This document shows positions 59,986 through 64,000 of a stretch of 64,000 nucleotides of DNA, one piece after another. The translations under genes and the position numbers were made by a program. The notes below the pieces were generated by a model. That model was not told the origin of the DNA. It saw nothing but the letters and a program-made list of their open reading frames with translations, and did no database searches. Position 1 is the first letter of the stretch; every line of letters begins with the position of its first letter. Location of the stretch: contig OZ242296.1 of assembly GCA_965207735.1 (NCBI GenBank), positions 3,808,001-3,872,000 on the forward strand. Direction: 5' to 3'. The DNA comes from Candidatus Versatilivorator sp. (lineage in GTDB: Bacteria > Acidobacteriota > Terriglobia > Versatilivoradales > Versatilivoraceae).

Positions 59986-60664
59986 AGCCTCGACTCATTC
60001 CAAAGGACTTAGAAATATTCTCAGTCTGGATCTCCCCAAAACCACAAGATGTAGGCCGCCGGCAGCCTAGTCGGGAGGCCTCTTGTGGTGTTCCAGGGAC
60101 CGCATTTGAACTCCAGCCCGTCACCAGATCCCCCCTAAATCCTTGAGCTTTGCCGGTCAGGCTGCGTTTTCCGGGACTCCGGGGTGCCCCCCAATACCCT
60201 CGAACAATTCCGGGGCGATTCTGTATCTCACAGAGGGCACCCCGTCGCTCGTTGTGGGCCATCCGGGGTTTTCGCCCGGATCCGCGTGAAAACAACGCAC
60301 ACAGTTGCGCTGTGCTGGATTTTCTTTGGGTTTGATGACCCGTAGTACCAAGGATTTCAGAGGTCTCCGGAATCTAATCAGAAGTATTAGCAACGGTTAC
60401 GGATTCTAGGAAATGATCCCAGAAGGGAGTTCGACAAAACGATTCGCCCCCACTTGAAAACCACCGTCGAACACCATGGCGGCCTCGATGTCGTCATGGA
60501 GAATATCGTCCAATAGGAGCAGGAAAGCCCGGCTTCCAACGGCCGCGAAATGATTGACGTTTTCCGCCTCGGGGGGGCAAGGACGTGGCGTCGTATGGGT
60601 GGCCACCTTTCCGATGGGGGGTGGCTCACACAGGTGGCTCACCAAGTGGCTCACGCTTTTGACC

Positions 60665-60990
60665 ACTCCAACGCTCCTCTCTCAGAGGGCGAAGTCCTCG
60701 CCGTCGTGGTCCAGGTTGTGCCCGGAAACCCGCATTGGAAGCGGGTTGGCACGGATTCCCCGAGTCCTCTGCGGTAAAGCGTAGTGCGGTGCCGGCGCCG
60801 CGCTTCCCCGCCTCGCATGGTACGTCGTGGCGTCGCACAGGAGGGGGAGGAAGTGGAGGGAGCGACCCCCTGGTTTTTGGCGCTGGTGCGCCACCGGGCA
60901 GGGGGAGGTGGCGCGCATGAAAATTCGCACCATCTCCCCTCCCGGGCGGGGGTCGCTCCCTCCACAGTGATCCCTGCGGGAAGGCCTAAA
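60665..60990 (-). other. Structured non-coding element, copy 3
   Basis: Reverse complement aligns to 37831-38147; perfect 18-bp IR at 60853-60870 / 60948-60965. Confidence 0.6.
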
Positions 60991-61894
60991 CACTGAAGAC
61001 TTGGACTCAGGTTGCCCTGCTTTACCTGGCTTTGACTGCTGCCGGGCTTCGCGCCTCTGGTTCAGGCAAGATGAGGCCTTGCGCTGAAACCAGCCGCTTG
61101 AGTATTGTGTGTCTTATCGGTTCAAGAAGTCAGGGGCGGGACACTTGAATGGATGTCACAATCATGTGTCGTGGGTAGGTCTTATTTCTGCGATATGCCA
61201 TCGTTTTGAGTAAAGAAGAAAACCGGCATAATTGAGTTACTGCGCGCAGAAAAGGCCTGAAGGCTCGAGCGCTTCGGCGGGCGAACACCCTTAGCACCCA
61301 TCAGAGGCGCAGGAAGCAACTTTAGGGTTTGAGGCACGTCAGGGGCAGGGAAGACACAGCCTGTCCAGCAAAGCTCGAGGAATTTCGGGGCTTCACGATG
61401 AAACTAGAGAGCGTTGAGATTGTCCTTTTGCTCGGACCGGATCCAGTCATTGCCACTGGCAACGTCATTGGTGTTGAGGAAATTCCTGATGGAGCACGTT
61501 TCACTTTGCGAACCAGTGCAAGAGTTTCCCGTTAATCGAAGCTGCATGGCAGGCGAGGAAAATTCGAGATCTCCAAGGTAGAGCAGAACGGGGATCGGTG
61601 GATAGTTGAGGGTAAGCGACTTGGCAGCGAACACTGAGCCGCATCCGGACGGTGCCTGATCTAGTGAAATTCCGGGATACTCGGGTATGCCAGATCTTGA
61701 GAAAACGCAGCAAGGGTCAACGGTGGGCCTCTCTTTGGAGCGGGGCACGCCAACAAATTCCGGTTGTCCCACAGGCGGCGCGACTGCGGTCTCTGAGACG
61801 AAAATCGGGGTGGCGGCAGTTTCTGGCGTACTTCGGTAGACCAGAGAGGGGAAGTGCGGTCTACCCGGCAAAGCTCCAAGGACTAAGGCGGGGG

Positions 61895-62419
61895 ATGGAA
61901 CCCATGATCCACCAAAATGCTCGTCCCGAGAACCAAGACATCGAGAAGCTCCGCTTGGCTGCTGAACTTGGAAATGCCGAGGCGCAATACAAGCTGGGTA
62001 ATGTGTACTACCTTGGTGAGGGAACGCCCCAGGATTATGCCGAAGCCGCGAAGTGGTATCGGCTGGCGGCTGAGCAGGGAAACGCTGCGGCACAAAACAA
62101 CCTGGGGGTCATGTACGACGAGGGGGAGGGAGTTCGGCAGGACGACAGGGAGGCGGTGAAGTGGTATCGCAAGGCGGCCGCGCAGGGAAACGCTTCGGCT
62201 CAATACAATCTGGGAGTCATGTACGACCTGGGTGAGGGCGTGCCGAAGGATCGTGTGAAAGCCTATGCCTGGCTGAATCTTTCCGCCGCCAATGGCAAGG
62301 AGAACGCTGCCAGAGGTAAGGACTTGCTCAGATCGAGGATGACCGCCGAGCAAGTGTCCGAAGGGCAAAAGCTCGCTGCCGAGCTGTTCGACCGCATCGA
62401 ATCCTCACGATCTCAGTAA
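61895..62419 (+). CDS. Sel1-like repeat protein
   Basis: Repeated AAEQGNAAAQNNLGVMY..GEGV..D..EAVKWY; AYAWLNLSAANG. Confidence 0.92.
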   Translation: MEPMIHQNARPENQDIEKLRLAAELGNAEAQYKLGNVYYLGEGTPQDYAEAAKWYRLAAEQGNAAAQNNLGVMYDEGEGVRQDDREAVKWYRKAAAQGNASAQYNLGVMYDLGEGVPKDRVKAYAWLNLSAANGKENAARGKDLLRSRMTAEQVSEGQKLAAELFDRIESSRSQ

Positions 62420-62427
62420 CTCCTCCA

Positions 62428-62456
62428 ACTTCCGATAAGACCTACCTATGTCAACA
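62428..62456 (+). other. dif-like recombination site G (inverted relative to A-F)
   Basis: ACTTCCGATAA-gacctac-CTATGTCAACA, 8 bp after the Sel1 stop. Confidence 0.8.
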
Positions 62457-62695
62457 AAGGGGCAATCGCAGTAATAACTTCAGGCACTAGGGATTGCCAG
62501 ACCTGGAGAGGTTGCAGCACAGGCCAACTGAAGGCCTCTTTTCTTGCTTTTCGGGCCGAAATTCGCGCTGTAAGCGTTCTTGGGATGCTGGGTACGACGG
62601 AGTCGTAGAAATCGCAGGTTACCTGTCAAAGCTCATGGATACAAGAGAGATCCCGGGGAGTGCAGAGCTTCCAGATGCAAAGAGTCCGATCGTAA

Positions 62696-62962
62696 ATGCC
62701 TGAGTTTGTCCTGCGTCGAGCGCCCCCCTTCAAAAGGGAGAGAGTCCCAATGGAATTCGAATCGACCTCCGGTGGATTTATCTTGAAAGTGAATGCTGGT
62801 TTGGGCCCGACCATCGAGTGGAATGCAAACGAGGAAGAAGTGTCCATACTGCTGCCCACCCTCGACAGGCACGGCAAGCTGGACCCGAATAGCAGGCGCT
62901 TCATGGTGCACGTCAGGCGCCATGCAAACATGAGTCCAAGCGTCAATATCTTTCAACTGTAG
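62696..62962 (+). CDS. Small hypothetical protein
   Basis: 88-aa ORF; no recognisable motif. Confidence 0.35.
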   Translation: MPEFVLRRAPPFKRERVPMEFESTSGGFILKVNAGLGPTIEWNANEEEVSILLPTLDRHGKLDPNSRRFMVHVRRHANMSPSVNIFQL

Positions 62963-63117
62963 TACGGATGCGGATCCCTGAGGCTTTGGGACACAGGTGG
63001 CGAGGCCTCCGCCGCCTGTTTAATTATCGAGGTGCTATGGGTCGCTGATTTTCCCCCGAGGCGGCTATGAGGCTGTTGATTCAGCGGACAATCGAGACCG
63101 GCCAGGAACGCCCTTCC

Positions 63118-63660
63118 TCATTGTCGGAAGTGGAGCCGGACATGTTGGCGCAGTTGCGGCCTCTGGTGCCGGAGGGGATCAAGTCTGGCCAGGTAACGCG
63201 CCCAGTCGTCCATCAGGACACGCCGGCGTTCGAACAGGTCCGAGCGGGCATAGGCCGCCTCTACCCTATTCTGGACGACATGCGCCAGGGCTGCCTCGAT
63301 CACCTCCCGGGGGTGATCGGTCTCCTCGGCCGCCCAGTCCCGGAAGCTGGACCTGAACCCGTGCGGCACGGCTGCAATCCCCTGCTCGCGGACCAGCCAC
63401 CGTAGCTCCTTGTCACTGAGCGGCTTCCCTTGTCCACGGGTGAATACCAGAGGACCGGCTCCCTCATCCAGTGCCTGCACTGCCTCGAGAATCTCCATGG
63501 CACGGCCGCACAGCGGCACCCGGTGCTTCCGGTTCGCCTTCATCCGCCTGGCCGGGACGGTCCATACGCCAGCGTCCCGATTGATCTCCTCCCACTCGAC
63601 CCAGCGCACCTCACTCCACCTAGCCGCTGTCAGCACCAGGAACTGGTATGGATTCATAGA
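63118..63660 (-). pseudogene. Catalytic-domain fragment of a P4-type tyrosine integrase
   Basis: FLVLTAARWSEVR, RMKANRKHRVPL, HGFRSSFRDW, AH...AAY; arm- and core-binding domains absent. Confidence 0.85.
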
Positions 63661-63761
63661 ATCCATAGACTTCCATAGTCGTCCAATAAGGATTATAACT
63701 ATCTCTATAAACATATACTTACATGCATTATCCAACACTCCGTGTTTGCCCAGGATGTCCC

Positions 63762-63790
63762 TTGAAAGCTAGAGTCATTCCCGATATAAT
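63762..63790 (+). promoter_or_regulatory. Sigma-70 promoter for the integrase
   Basis: TTGAAA-N17-TATAAT, ending 6 bp before ATG 63797. Confidence 0.65.
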
Positions 63791-63796
63791 TGGGGA

Positions 63797-64000
63797 ATGA
63801 CTTATGGAATCAATCCGCCCCGCACGTCCCCCAAAACCAAGCCCAAGGGCCGCCATCCCCAAAAGGCCCTCTCGGCCGCCTTCGTGCGCTCGGCTCCGCC
63901 GGGAAGGCACTGTGACGGCAACGGATTGTACCTCTTCGTCCAGCCCAGCGGCACCCGGAGCTGGATTCAGCGGCTTGTCATCCGGGGCCGCAAGCGCGAG
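63797..64000 (+). CDS. P4-type tyrosine integrase, N-terminal arm-binding (DUF4102-like) domain; runs off the window
   Basis: Own translation: MTYGINPP...KALSAAFVRSAPPGRHCDGNGLYLFVQPSGTRSWIQRLVIRGRKRE. Confidence 0.85.
   Translation, partial: MTYGINPPRTSPKTKPKGRHPQKALSAAFVRSAPPGRHCDGNGLYLFVQPSGTRSWIQRLVIRGRKRE

Noticed and set aside
60086-60112. tRNA 3'-end-like att sequence (minus strand gttcaaat...acacca)
   Set aside because: T-stem does not pair and the distance to CCA is 2 nt too long; no tRNA or rRNA gene recognised in the window
60375-60385. taatcagaagt (and ttatcgg near 61115) as additional dif-like sites
   Set aside because: Only one arm matches; no partner arm at 7-bp spacing
63118-63738. 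Full-length integrase starting MLDNACK
   Set aside because: Upstream part is AT-rich non-homologous sequence; binding domains are missing

Overview
GC-rich bacterial DNA; the GWxTD, acidobacterial-type VWA, CRTAC1/ASPIC-UnbV and Oar-like TonB proteins point to Acidobacteriota (inference). Left half (1-33.8 kb) is a cell-envelope cluster: four multiheme c-type cytochromes (7-8 CxxCH), four related TPR proteins, two CRTAC1-family proteins, a PhyH-like dioxygenase, a GH10-like lipoprotein, tandem-FecR, GWxTD and VWA proteins, and a TonB-dependent receptor with a sigma-54-type promoter. Its intergenic spaces hold REP/MITE-like repeats, an IS110 element and probable non-autonomous IS110 derivatives. 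Right half (33.9-64 kb) is a mosaic accessory island: four more identical copies of a 1487-bp DDE IS (five in total), P4-type integrase remnants and a new integrase at the right edge, ankyrin, Sel1, trypsin-like and OmpA-repeat cargo, four isolated type I-E CRISPR-like repeats without cas genes, and a structured non-coding element present three times. The strongest unexplained signal is at 56.8-62.5 kb: seven 29-bp dif-like sites (ACTTCCGATAA-N7-NTATGTMAACT), six in direct orientation. They separate short, mostly single-gene cassettes, like an integron-style array built on Xer-type sites with a 7-bp variable spacer. All calls were made by eye from the sequence and ORF track; no database searches were run.
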